A stretch of DNA of 59,510 nucleotides, counting the filler, from Rhizaria sp. SCN 62-66 (lineage: Eukaryota): NCBI GenBank assembly GCA_001724265.1. It is 2 parts of 2 records of this genome, joined end to end, with 100 filler letters (N's around TTAATTAATTAA, not from the genome) between each part and the next. Parts side by side here need not be neighbours in the genome. Positions count along the whole stretch, not along the records: positions 28,505 to 59,510 come from MEDY01000389.1; 1 more part is not named here. The stretch is one strand, 5' to 3'. The notes below the pieces were generated by a model that was given only the letters and a program-made list of their open reading frames with translations, ran no database searches and was not told the DNA's origin. Below, one piece after another: positions 44,701 through 54,455 of the stretch. A program made the translations under genes and the position numbers. Every line of letters begins with the position of its first letter. Positions within the stretch are counted from its first letter, which is position 1.

Positions 44701-45411
44701 GCTACGTGTTCTCGTTGGTGTGGATGGATGTGGGCGACATCGTTGCGCCGCATCACAGGACTTGCAACGATACAACATTGGATTGCGATTGCTGAACGCG
44801 GAGAGGCCGTTGGTTGACTCGCAGCTGTGAGCGTGCGACGATACTTGATTGTACATTATTATTGCACTCGGGCCACGAGTACTCTTTCAGAAGCAAATAC
44901 AAAGTCAACTATTTTTCTACAATCGGTGTTATATATCTCGAAAACGCTTGTTTTTGAGTGCTGGTGACGCTTTTATGACGAAACGTAATGCCTTGGACTG
45001 GTAGCGCAGAGCAATTGGTCCAAGTTCGCGCCCTTGGGCCACTTATACACAAACATAAATAACTATGTGATGAGTCCGTGTAATGAAAATGGATTGGAAT
45101 GTGAAAATTTCAAACGTACTTTTCTTTCAATAACTTGTAATGATTTTTTAACTGCCTCTTGGTATCACGTAGTATATCTGTCTTCTTTCTTCGGCCCCAC
45201 TCACAGCGCAATCTTGCTTCAATCCCTCCTTCTCCGCCACTCCACAGCCCTGCTCTCGTATCCCCAACCAACTAGACTACTACAGGTCACCAATTTTTTT
45301 TATTGCGCATTGGTTGGTCGAACAACCCTGCGCCACTCCGCAGTCTCCCTATCAGACTGACTGCTGCCTGAACCGCACGCTTTCTCTTCTCGCTGGTCAG
45401 TCACCGCCACG

Positions 45412-48400
45412 ATGCCGCCCCGCGCCCGCAAGCCCAACTCCACGGTCGTGGAGGACCTGGAGGAAGAGGACGCCGGCCACGTCTTTGAGATGGACGAGGC
45501 GGAGCTCCAGTCGCAGATTGAGGACCTGTTCGCGTTCGTCAACGGCATCGGCACCACGCCCACCGACTCAGCGGGCGCAGGCGTGTTCATGCTGGGTCCG
45601 AAGGGCATGAGCTGCCTCCGCGCCATCGACGCCGCGCTCGACGAAGACGACGCCAAGCGCCAGCCGCTGCACGCGCGCCTGGGCGTGTGGAGCTTCTCTG
45701 CGAAGCGCGCTGTGCCTGTGCTGCTCGCGTACCGCGACAAGCCCGACGTGATCTTCGCGCTGCTGCAGATCCTCATCCGCCTCACCGCGCCCCTCGCGCC
45801 CACGCTCGAGGCGGGCGCCGTGGAGCGCGTGCGCCACCAGCAGCAGACGAAGCTGGCGTTCGCGAACAAGGACCTCGTGATGATCCTGCTTTCGCTGCTC
45901 GAGGCGCCCGTGCTGTCGTGGCAGGAGAAGGGCTTTGCGGGCATGTCCGACGCCGACAAGGACATGCTCGACATCGTGCTGCTCTTCTTCCGCAACCTCC
46001 TCGTCGTCGTTGACCCCAGCGACGCCGTTGACGCCAGTGCGCGCCTGCACGACCGCTTCCTGCTCGCGCTCAGCCGCGGCGGCTTCTTCTCGCTGCTTCT
46101 GTGGCTCACGCAAATCTCAAACGCCAACGCTGCCGCGGCCGCCGAGGCCGCCGCGCGCTCCGGGCGCGCCTCCGCGGGGCCTATCGACCACTTTGCGCTG
46201 CTACTGATGGAGATCACGTTCAACGTCTTCCGCAACGAGGCTCCCGAAGACTTTTTCGGTCCGCTCGCGGGCACTGGCCCGGTCGCCGCCGCCGCCATCA
46301 CTGACGGCTCGAGTCCCAGCAAGCCCAGCTCCAGCTCTGCCTCTGCCTCCGCCTCTGCCGCCGCGGCCCCGGGCACGAGCACGGCGTCGAGCGGCTTCGC
46401 GGGCGTGTCGCGCGCGGGCTCCTTCGCCGCCGCTGCGGCCGCCGTAGTCGCCAAGAACCCCGCCGCGGCGCGCGCACTGCCCGCGGGCGCGGGCGGGCGC
46501 GGCATGCGCGTAACGCTTGTCGCGCCGGGTCCGGCCGGCGCGCGACGTGTGGCGTCGCTGAGCGACGTGATCCAGAACAAGGTGACGAACAAGGACGCGC
46601 AGCTGGCCGAGAAGATCGGCGGCAGGGACGTCAAGCTCGCACGCGGCCGCCGCTTCTACTACTCTGAGGCCGTGCGCGACGCGCTGCGCTCCTTCGCGCT
46701 CGCGCTGCTGCGCCCCGAGGCCGGCAACGCGGCCGCCGCGGCGGCGGAGGAGCGCGGCGGCGCGGGCGCGCTTGCCGCCGTCGCCGCCGCGTCGCTGGGC
46801 GCGGGACTGTCCTTCATCACGGGACAGCAGAACACGATGAACGCGTTCATGCTGCACTGCCACAAGCAGATCCAGCGCACGATGACTGAGGCGACAGTGG
46901 AGGAGCGCGCGCACTCGGCGCACACGGCCAAGGGCGTGCTGTTCCTGGCCGCGCTCTTCACCGGGCTCGCGCGCGAGCACTACGACGACCTGCGCGCGCA
47001 GCACGACAGGAGTACCGAGCCCGCGCGCAAGGCCTGGGCCGCCAAGCGCCGCGCGGAGGAGGTCGCTGCGGCGCGTGCGCGCGGGACGAGCGAGAGCGAC
47101 GTCAAGAAGATCGAGGCGCGCAAGGACTTCGGCCGGCCGGCGGACCTGCCGCCGTCGCCACGCTACTCGCTCGCGCCCGTCTCGGCGCTGTGCGAGAACG
47201 AGATGTATGCGTTCGCGATGCGCATGGCGTACGACGCGTTCGACGCCAAGCCCGTAGTCTGGGGCGGCATTGAGAGTGCGATTGCGTTCGTGCACGAGTT
47301 GGTGCGCACGACCTACACCGCGCTCTCCGCGGGTGACGCCGAGACGCAGGCCGCGGCGGCTACGATGCGCGGGAACTTGCTGCACCTGAAGGAGCACCTG
47401 GACCTGATCATCAAGGCCGTCAAGTTCTTTGACGGCACCAAGACGGGGCTGGGCCACCGCGTGCACCTGATGGTGACCGTGCACTACCTGATCAAGATCA
47501 TGGAGAGCATGGGCGACGAGGCCTTTGAGATCAAGGGCAAGGAGAAGGACTACAAAACCACCGTGCGCAAGACCAAGAAGCAGGTCAACGCCGATGCCGC
47601 AGGAATCACGCTTGACGATGACGATGACGACAACGTTGAAGATGATGACAAGAACGACGACGACGACGATGATGGTGATGACTCTGATGAGGAGAAGTCA
47701 TCTGACTCCGCGTCTGCCCGCCGTGTCCGCGCCGAAGACGACGACGACGACGACGACGACAAAGACGACGAAGAGGAAGGCGTTGGTGGTGAACCCTTGA
47801 CCGCGGGCTCCAAGAGCGCTGGCGCGCGTCGCCGCATGCTTGACGACGACGATGACGATGAAGATGACGACGACGGCAATGATCGCGCTAGTGCGAGCTT
47901 GAGTAGCGTCAGTGCGAGGGCTGACGCTGATGCTGATGCTGATGCTGGCGCTGATGAGAACAAGGCTGACGACGGTGGCAGCAGCAGTAAGTCCTCCTCT
48001 GCCGCTGCCTCTCCTGCCAATGCTGCTGGTGCTGACGAAGCTTTTGTCAATGTTGCCGACAACGCTGACAAGGACGAGGACGACGGCGAAAACAGCAAGG
48101 ATAGCATTAACGACCTGAGCGCGATGGCGCGTGAGATCACCGAGCAGGCCGCCGCCAAGGCCGCGGCCAAGGTGCAGGCGCGCGCGGACAAAGAGGCCGC
48201 GGCGGCCGCCAAGAAGGCCGCCACGGCCGCGAAGCGCGCGGAGCTGGCCGGCACGGAGCTGGTGGTGGAGACGCGGCGCATGCGCAAGGGCGTGTCGTGG
48301 CACGCGGTGGACTTCATCCGCGAGCTCGCGCAGCCGCAGATCGTGCGGCAGTACGTCGAGGCCGCGGAGCAGTACCGCACCAACAGCGATCTGATGAACG

Positions 48401-50106
48401 AGGCCGTGTTCAAGCTGCTTTCGCGCGTCGCCTTCGACCTCAACCTGCCGGGCATGTTGTTCCACTTCACCGTCATGGTGCTCGCCGACGATGTGCTCAA
48501 CGAGCCGCTCGCGCGCAAGCACCCGCCGCTGTACCGCGCGCACGACTTCTGCAAGCGCATCGCCACGGCCTTCATTACTGCCACCGCGCGCAACGAGCTG
48601 CTGTACGTCGAGGCCACGTCGTGGTGCAGCGCACGCACCGCCGAGTACATCGCGGACCCGCTTGAGTGGGCCAAGAACCACATGGACCAGATCGATGACC
48701 TGTTCGGTGGCGAAGACGACGGGTCCGGCGCCGGCGGCGACGCCGCGGCTGCGGCCGAGGCCGAGATCGCGCGCAAGCACGGCGAGGAGGCCGCGGACGA
48801 CTTCCGCGTCTGGCTCGCCGAGCGCAAGGAGAAGGAGCAAGCCGACAAAAGCAGTAGCAGCAGCAGCGGCGGCAGCAGCAGTGGAAGTGGTTACGGGCGC
48901 AGCAGTGGCGGTCGCGGCGGCTATGACGATGACGACGATGACGACAATGCCGATATCCGCGCACTCCTCGAAGCGCGCCGCGGCGCAAGCCGCTCCGCGC
49001 GCGCCAGCACCCGCGGCATGGCGAGTGCCATCAGCGGCGCGGGCAGTAGTAGCTCGAACCCGCATGCAAGCGCGCTGGCGTTCAGTCTGGGTCGCTCGCG
49101 CCGCAGCCTCGGCGACGACGACGACGACGCCGAGGACGTGGCCGACCTTAAGGACGCGATGAAGACCGCTGCGGCGGCCGCGGCGGCGCAAAAAGCGAAG
49201 CGCGAGGCCGACAAGGCCGCCAAGGAGGCCAAAGTGCGCGAGCGCGAGGAGAAGAAGGCCGCGCGCGAGGCCGCGAAGGAGCAGAAGAAGGCGGCGCGCA
49301 AGGGCAAGAAGGGCAAGAACAGCTACGACGGCGACAGCGAGAGCGAGAGCGCCGCGGACGACGACGGCGACAACAGCGACAACGACGATGAGGACGACGA
49401 TGACGGCGATGACGATGACGCTGCCGATGGGGCTGCTGCGAATGAAGGCGATGAGGCCAAGTCTGCTGACGCTGGTGACAAGAAAAGTGACGGCAACGAT
49501 GACGACGCTGCGGCTGATGCTTCTGATAAGAAGGCGAAGAAGAGCAAGGACAAGAAAGATAAAAAGGACAAGAAGAAGGACAAGAAGGACAAAAAGGCTT
49601 CCTCTTCTTCGTCTTCCGCCTCAGCGCACGCCGACGACAACGGCGACAGCAGAGACGACGCCAGAGACAGCGATGCCGACACGGGCGACAAGAGTGACGC
49701 GGCTGAGTCCGACGTTGACGACGGCGAGGGCGTGAGCGCGTTCGAGCTCGCCATCCTCTCCAAAGCCAAGGCCATCAAGGCTGGCGCCAAAGCCGACGCC
49801 GCGGCGGCCAAGGCCGACAAGGCCGCGGGCAAGCACGGCGGCGTCAAGTCCCCGACGCCCAAGGACGGCGCGGGCGGCCGCGACAAGCGCCGCCGCACTG
49901 TTTCTTACAGCGCCGACGACGACGATGCCAACGCTGCCGGTGGGGACGACGACGGCAAGGAGGGCAAGAGCAGCGCGCCGGCGCGGCGCCGTGTCAGCGC
50001 TCTCGACGACGGCGATGACGATGACGGCGACAACGATGCGAAGGAGGATAGCAAGCCCGTGGTTGTGACCAAGCGGCGCATCATTGCCGACGATGATGAT
50101 GAGTAA
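45412..50106 (+). CDS. TIMELESS: Timeless/Tof1/Swi1 replication fork protection protein (1564 aa)
   Basis: N-terminal pattern FMLGPKGMSCLRAIDAALDEDD...LGVW...VPVL...LLQILIRLTAP and LLFFRNLL. Later block FIRELAQPQIVRQYV...YRTNSDLMNEAVFKLLSRVAFDL...MLFH. Acidic/basic tail. Confidence 0.88.
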   Translation: MPPRARKPNSTVVEDLEEEDAGHVFEMDEAELQSQIEDLFAFVNGIGTTPTDSAGAGVFMLGPKGMSCLRAIDAALDEDDAKRQPLHARLGVWSFSAKRAVPVLLAYRDKPDVIFALLQILIRLTAPLAPTLEAGAVERVRHQQQTKLAFANKDLVMILLSLLEAPVLSWQEKGFAGMSDADKDMLDIVLLFFRNLLVVVDPSDAVDASARLHDRFLLALSRGGFFSLLLWLTQISNANAAAAAEAAARSGRASAGPIDHFALLLMEITFNVFRNEAPEDFFGPLAGTGPVAAAAITDGSSPSKPSSSSASASASAAAAPGTSTASSGFAGVSRAGSFAAAAAAVVAKNPAAARALPAGAGGRGMRVTLVAPGPAGARRVASLSDVIQNKVTNKDAQLAEKIGGRDVKLARGRRFYYSEAVRDALRSFALALLRPEAGNAAAAAAEERGGAGALAAVAAASLGAGLSFITGQQNTMNAFMLHCHKQIQRTMTEATVEERAHSAHTAKGVLFLAALFTGLAREHYDDLRAQHDRSTEPARKAWAAKRRAEEVAAARARGTSESDVKKIEARKDFGRPADLPPSPRYSLAPVSALCENEMYAFAMRMAYDAFDAKPVVWGGIESAIAFVHELVRTTYTALSAGDAETQAAAATMRGNLLHLKEHLDLIIKAVKFFDGTKTGLGHRVHLMVTVHYLIKIMESMGDEAFEIKGKEKDYKTTVRKTKKQVNADAAGITLDDDDDDNVEDDDKNDDDDDDGDDSDEEKSSDSASARRVRAEDDDDDDDDKDDEEEGVGGEPLTAGSKSAGARRRMLDDDDDDEDDDDGNDRASASLSSVSARADADADADAGADENKADDGGSSSKSSSAAASPANAAGADEAFVNVADNADKDEDDGENSKDSINDLSAMAREITEQAAAKAAAKVQARADKEAAAAAKKAATAAKRAELAGTELVVETRRMRKGVSWHAVDFIRELAQPQIVRQYVEAAEQYRTNSDLMNEAVFKLLSRVAFDLNLPGMLFHFTVMVLADDVLNEPLARKHPPLYRAHDFCKRIATAFITATARNELLYVEATSWCSARTAEYIADPLEWAKNHMDQIDDLFGGEDDGSGAGGDAAAAAEAEIARKHGEEAADDFRVWLAERKEKEQADKSSSSSSGGSSSGSGYGRSSGGRGGYDDDDDDDNADIRALLEARRGASRSARASTRGMASAISGAGSSSSNPHASALAFSLGRSRRSLGDDDDDAEDVADLKDAMKTAAAAAAAQKAKREADKAAKEAKVREREEKKAAREAAKEQKKAARKGKKGKNSYDGDSESESAADDDGDNSDNDDEDDDDGDDDDAADGAAANEGDEAKSADAGDKKSDGNDDDAAADASDKKAKKSKDKKDKKDKKKDKKDKKASSSSSSASAHADDNGDSRDDARDSDADTGDKSDAAESDVDDGEGVSAFELAILSKAKAIKAGAKADAAAAKADKAAGKHGGVKSPTPKDGAGGRDKRRRTVSYSADDDDANAAGGDDDGKEGKSSAPARRRVSALDDGDDDDGDNDAKEDSKPVVVTKRRIIADDDDE

Positions 50107-50714
50107 GTCACGCGTCGGTTGAGTGATCTGTTGTCAGTTACTGTCACTCTTTGTGGTGCTGTCACAATTGCTCCTATTTTTACTTATTTACCCTAGTATG
50201 ATGACTTGAAAGTTTGTTTTGTGAGATGAAAAATGATGTAAGCTTATGTGTTAAATACATTATTATCTCGCAAGTGCAAGCGACAACTCCTCGTTACCGG
50301 CTAGTTTGAAGTGATTCTTTGTGTATTTTGTTTCACAGTGTGGTGTTTGTTAACAACAACAAGTACATTTAAGACGGTAATCTAATTTGTCCATGTTCAA
50401 ATCGAAAAGCAGCATAGCTGTAGCAGCTACTACAAGGAATCAATAGTAACGCATACAGTGCTGAAGTGTTGGCTCAAAAACAGAGTGGCTAAGAAAGCTT
50501 GTTTTCAAGTCCAGGTCACGCCCTCGGTGTTCTGACCACGCAAATGCTCACAACTGTCACTGTACAATCGTACTACTTATGATGTCGTACTAAGTCACTG
50601 CCATGAGAAAAGCACGTGCGTGAAAGAGAAACCAAGGCTATACAAGTCAAGGAGATATGCGCTCTCCGTCAAGCAACCACTGGACATCGGTCGGTGCGCG
50701 TTGTAATTGCTTAC

Positions 50715-51965
50715 TTACGCCTTGATGTCGACACCGCGCTTCCAGAGCGTCTCGAAGTGCTTGACGTAGGGCGCGACAACGACGGGGATGTTGGTGCAGA
50801 TGACGTTCTCCTGGTTGCCGCTCGAGGCCGCGCGCGACCAGTTGAAGGAGCCCGAGATGACAAACTTGCCGTCGACGATGGCGTACTTGTGGTGCATGAG
50901 GAACTCGGACGAGTCGTGGCGCGTCGCGATGCCCGTCTTGGCCAGCGGGATGACGTCGGAGCCGGGCTCGTTCATGGTGGTCTTCTCAGTCATAAAGCGC
51001 ACCTTGACGCCCTTGAGGTGCAGCCCCTCGAGCGCGTTGAACGTGCGGTCGTCCGTCATGGTGAACACGGCAACCTCGAGCGTGCGCGTGGCAGACTTGA
51101 TGTAGTTGATGAACTTGTCGTACGAGAACTGCTCCGGGTTGTTGGGGTCGTTGGGGAAGAAGATCACGTCCGAGATGGGCTGGGCCGCGTTGTAGTCGAG
51201 GTTCAGGGGCTCGAACGCGGGCGCCTGCAGCTTCGCGCCGCCGGCAGCCAGCGCGTTGTTGTCGCGCACCATGGGCGCGGAGGAGTGGATCAGGCCCTCG
51301 ATTTTCTTCTGCAGCTTCTCCAGGTCGGCGTCGGCGCCGATGGCGGTGACGAGAGCGGCCTTGTCGGCGCCGCGGGGGACCTCAATCTCGCAGTTGAACT
51401 CCTTCTCCAGCTCCTTAAGCGTCGCGCCCTTGGGACCGATGATGGCGCCAAACGAGCCCTGGTCGATCTTGAAGCCGACGGTAACGAGGGGCGAGGTCGA
51501 GAGCTTGAGGCCCGTCTTGGCCTCGGCCTCGGCGCGCCACGCGGCGACGCCGGCGTCGGGGCCCTGGACCGTAATCAGCGGGTCGTTGTCGCCCTGGGGA
51601 GGGATACGCGCACGCACGCCGTGCTTCTCCTGCATGTTCTTGGCGACGGAGCCGCCAGCGCCGACGAGGGCGCCGTGCTGCTTGGGGGGCAGCCAGAACT
51701 GGTGCACGTCCTTGGGCAGCGACGCGGCCGGGGCGGGGGTGCTCATGGCCTTAGCAGGGGCAGCGGCAGCAGCAGCAGGCTTCTCGGCAGGCTTGGCAGC
51801 AGCAGCAGCGGGGGCAGCGGCGGCGGCGGCAGGCTTGGCGGCAGGGGCGGCGGCGGCAGCGGCGGGCTTAGCAGCAGCGGTCGACGCGGGCTTCTGCTGG
51901 GGGGAGTTGGCGGGCTTGGAGTTCTTAGGCTTGTTGTTGTCACCACCGCAAGGAGTATTGCCCAT
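50715..51965 (-). CDS. Fusion of two KH domains and a PLD6/Zucchini/Nuc-type single-HKD phospholipase D/nuclease domain (416 aa)
   Basis: KH1 HGALVGAGGSVAKNMQEKHGVRARIP and KH2 FGAIIGPKGATLKELEKEFNCEIEVP. PLD core MHHKYAIVDGKFVISGSFNWS...NQEN. N-terminus MGNTPCGG. Confidence 0.9.
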   Translation of the reverse strand: MGNTPCGGDNNKPKNSKPANSPQQKPASTAAAKPAAAAAAPAAKPAAAAAAPAAAAAKPAEKPAAAAAAPAKAMSTPAPAASLPKDVHQFWLPPKQHGALVGAGGSVAKNMQEKHGVRARIPPQGDNDPLITVQGPDAGVAAWRAEAEAKTGLKLSTSPLVTVGFKIDQGSFGAIIGPKGATLKELEKEFNCEIEVPRGADKAALVTAIGADADLEKLQKKIEGLIHSSAPMVRDNNALAAGGAKLQAPAFEPLNLDYNAAQPISDVIFFPNDPNNPEQFSYDKFINYIKSATRTLEVAVFTMTDDRTFNALEGLHLKGVKVRFMTEKTTMNEPGSDVIPLAKTGIATRHDSSEFLMHHKYAIVDGKFVISGSFNWSRAASSGNQENVICTNIPVVVAPYVKHFETLWKRGVDIKA

Positions 51966-52473
51966 GCTTGAAAGTGAGAATCACTGCGCAACAAAGAGAA
52001 AAAAGGAGTCAAGGGAGTGGTCGAATCTGTGAGTTGGCTGTTTAAATGGTTTCATCTCTACCATGCGTGACAAACGCAACAGAAATGCATCACATAAATA
52101 GTGAATATACAAACATCTTCATTTATTCCAAATATGTTTAAATCAGTCCACTTAACTGTCACTACGTCCCACACACAGAACATAATGAAGATGCGTGTTT
52201 CGTCAGCACTCCATTTCGCCTCGTGTCGCTAAACTGTCCACGCATTTATCGGTCCACGAACTTTTATTCGCAATGTACGTAAAGGCAATGTAACTTGATT
52301 GAACATGTTTAACTCAGCAAAAAAATCGTGTATTTATGTTCTCTGGCCCTGTGTCAAACTTGAATTAACCACAGGCCCCCTCATCACCAACGCGCATATC
52401 ACTCATATTGGTATTGGTATCCCCCTCCATTGTTGCAGTCTGCAGTCCGACAAACTGACGCCGTTGCTGATGT

Positions 52474-53983
52474 TCACCTGTTGCTGCCTGTGTCTCCGGA
52501 ATCCGCCGCGGCCGCCCTGGCCAGCGCCCCCAGCGGCGCCATCTCCACCTCCTGCCCCGCACCACCACCGCCGCCGCCTCCTCTCGCCGCGCTGGAGTGG
52601 TCCGCGTCCATCCCTGAGCCGGAGCTTGACCGCCCCAGCGCAACCTCGGTGCCCGCGAACGCGTCATGCTGCTGCTGCGCGGCCGACCCCGCCGCGACGT
52701 GCGTGCCCTGCTGCGCTGCGCCCGCCGAGTGCCGCTCCTGCCCCTCCGGCACCGCGCCCAGCGCGAGCCCGCCGCCGCCCGCAGTCTGACTGCCACCGCT
52801 GCCGCCGCGTCTGTTATTATCCTGCACTTGCACGGGAGCCTGCAGGTGCAGGAAGCCGCGGCCGTCGCCCGCACCGTCGTACCCGTCGCCCGCGGCGTCG
52901 CTGCCGCCGCCGAAGAGCCGCTGCCACAGCGACCTCTTTGGCTGAGCATTCGCGTTGCTGTTGTTGCTGTTGTTGCGGGGATTCGCGGGCAGGCCGCTGC
53001 GGTCCCTGGTCGTGGCGAGCGAGGCCCCGCGACCGCGCGCGTAGTACTGCACGCGGTCCGCGTCCTCGTCCTCCTCGGCGGCGGCCGCGGCGGCCTCGGC
53101 GGCGGCGGCGCGGCGGCGGCGGCGGCGCGCGGCGGCTTGATGCTCCCGGCGCAGCGCGGCGTGGCGCTAGCTCAGCAGCGCGTCCATGTCGCCCTCCAGG
53201 TCGCCCGCAGCGTCGATGTCGTAGTCGGGCGAGACGACGCCGAAGTGCTCGACCTGAGGCGGGTCAGAAAAGATGGGGCAGAGATGAAGATCGTAACAAG
53301 AGAAAGATGGCATAGTGAGTTACGATTGAGAGAGATATACAACGAAGATATTTGACATTAGAATAACAATATGATTGTTATTGCTAATAAATATACAATA
53401 TAACAATTATTTAAACATAATAAATAATACTCTTAAAAATTATCAAGAACTACAAAGGTTAAGACCAGTCTATCTGTTGTTTAGAAGAAATGAGACGCAC
53501 CTGAAAGCGGTCTGTCTTGGCCTTGACAAGAGACCGAATGGCAAAGAAACCGACAAGGAACTCGATGACGCAGAAGGCGGCGTAGATGGCGCCAAACGCG
53601 CGGTCGATGGGCAGCAGCGGGTACTGGATGGCCATCATCCACACGCAGTGGATCAGCCCCAGGAAGAAGGTGAGGAAGATGAAGGCGGCCAACTGGGGCA
53701 CGCGCTCCTTGAGGTTGCCCTGCCAGCCGAGATACAGCCGGTAGGGCTCAAGCAGCAGGTAGATAACGTAAAAGATGGGCGTGACAAAGGCAATGCGCCA
53801 CTCGGAGTAGTTGCGGTACTTGTAGATTAGCAGCAGCAGCTGGATCAAGGTGTAGATGATGCTGTAGAAGAAGTTGAAGTACAGCGCCTGGTGCAGCGGC
53901 AGGTTCGACAGCAAGGGAGTGTTGCGCAGCGGCTGTGGGTAGGGCTCATTCACTGGCCGCGTCACATACCGGGGCCACTCCAT
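52474..53983 (-). CDS. TMEM17: TMEM17/TMEM216-family ciliary transition-zone protein; exon 2 has an in-frame TAG followed by ~230 more open codons
   Basis: LSNLPLHQALYFNFFY...EPYRLYLGWQGNLKERVPQL is the Transmemb_17 signature. Exon 53983-53501, intron GTGCGT...CTGAC..CAG, exon from 53253. TAG at 53167-53169 (189 aa if stop); next stop TGA at 52474-52476 (420 aa). Confidence 0.8.
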
Positions 53984-54455
53984 CGGCGACTGGCGCTCGG
54001 GTCACTGGCGTGTCGCGGTGTCGGGGACGGAGTGGTTGAAGTCGGATTAACTCGAGAAGTGGTCGTCACAAAGACACTGGCTCTCCTACCTAATCACGTC
54101 TGCAGAAAATATAAATTAGTGAACAAAATTATAATTAGCGCTTCTATTTAAATCTTCTTGGAAAATTCAAATAACGATTACTCCATCGAGATACAGAGTG
54201 TACAAAATGAAGGCGCGCTCGCTCTTCTTGGCCACAACTCGCCCTCGCCGCTCGAGGCGAGTCGTAGAGTAGAGGGCGCGAGTTGCGACCACGGAGATGT
54301 GTTCGCCTGACACTGTATGACCGTAACTCGACGTGCCCTTGCAATATGCTATATCACCTTCAATTTAATTTATCCACTTAAAACTGCACTTCTTCCTGAC
54401 TCACTTGCACTGCTCCCGCGCTCTTTCCGTCCCGCCCTCCGCAGTCTTCCCCGAG

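Noticed and set aside
44961-44990. CTGGTGA...GAAAC resembling a hammerhead ribozyme core
   Set aside because: Mismatch in the invariant CUGANGA box and no proper stem II.
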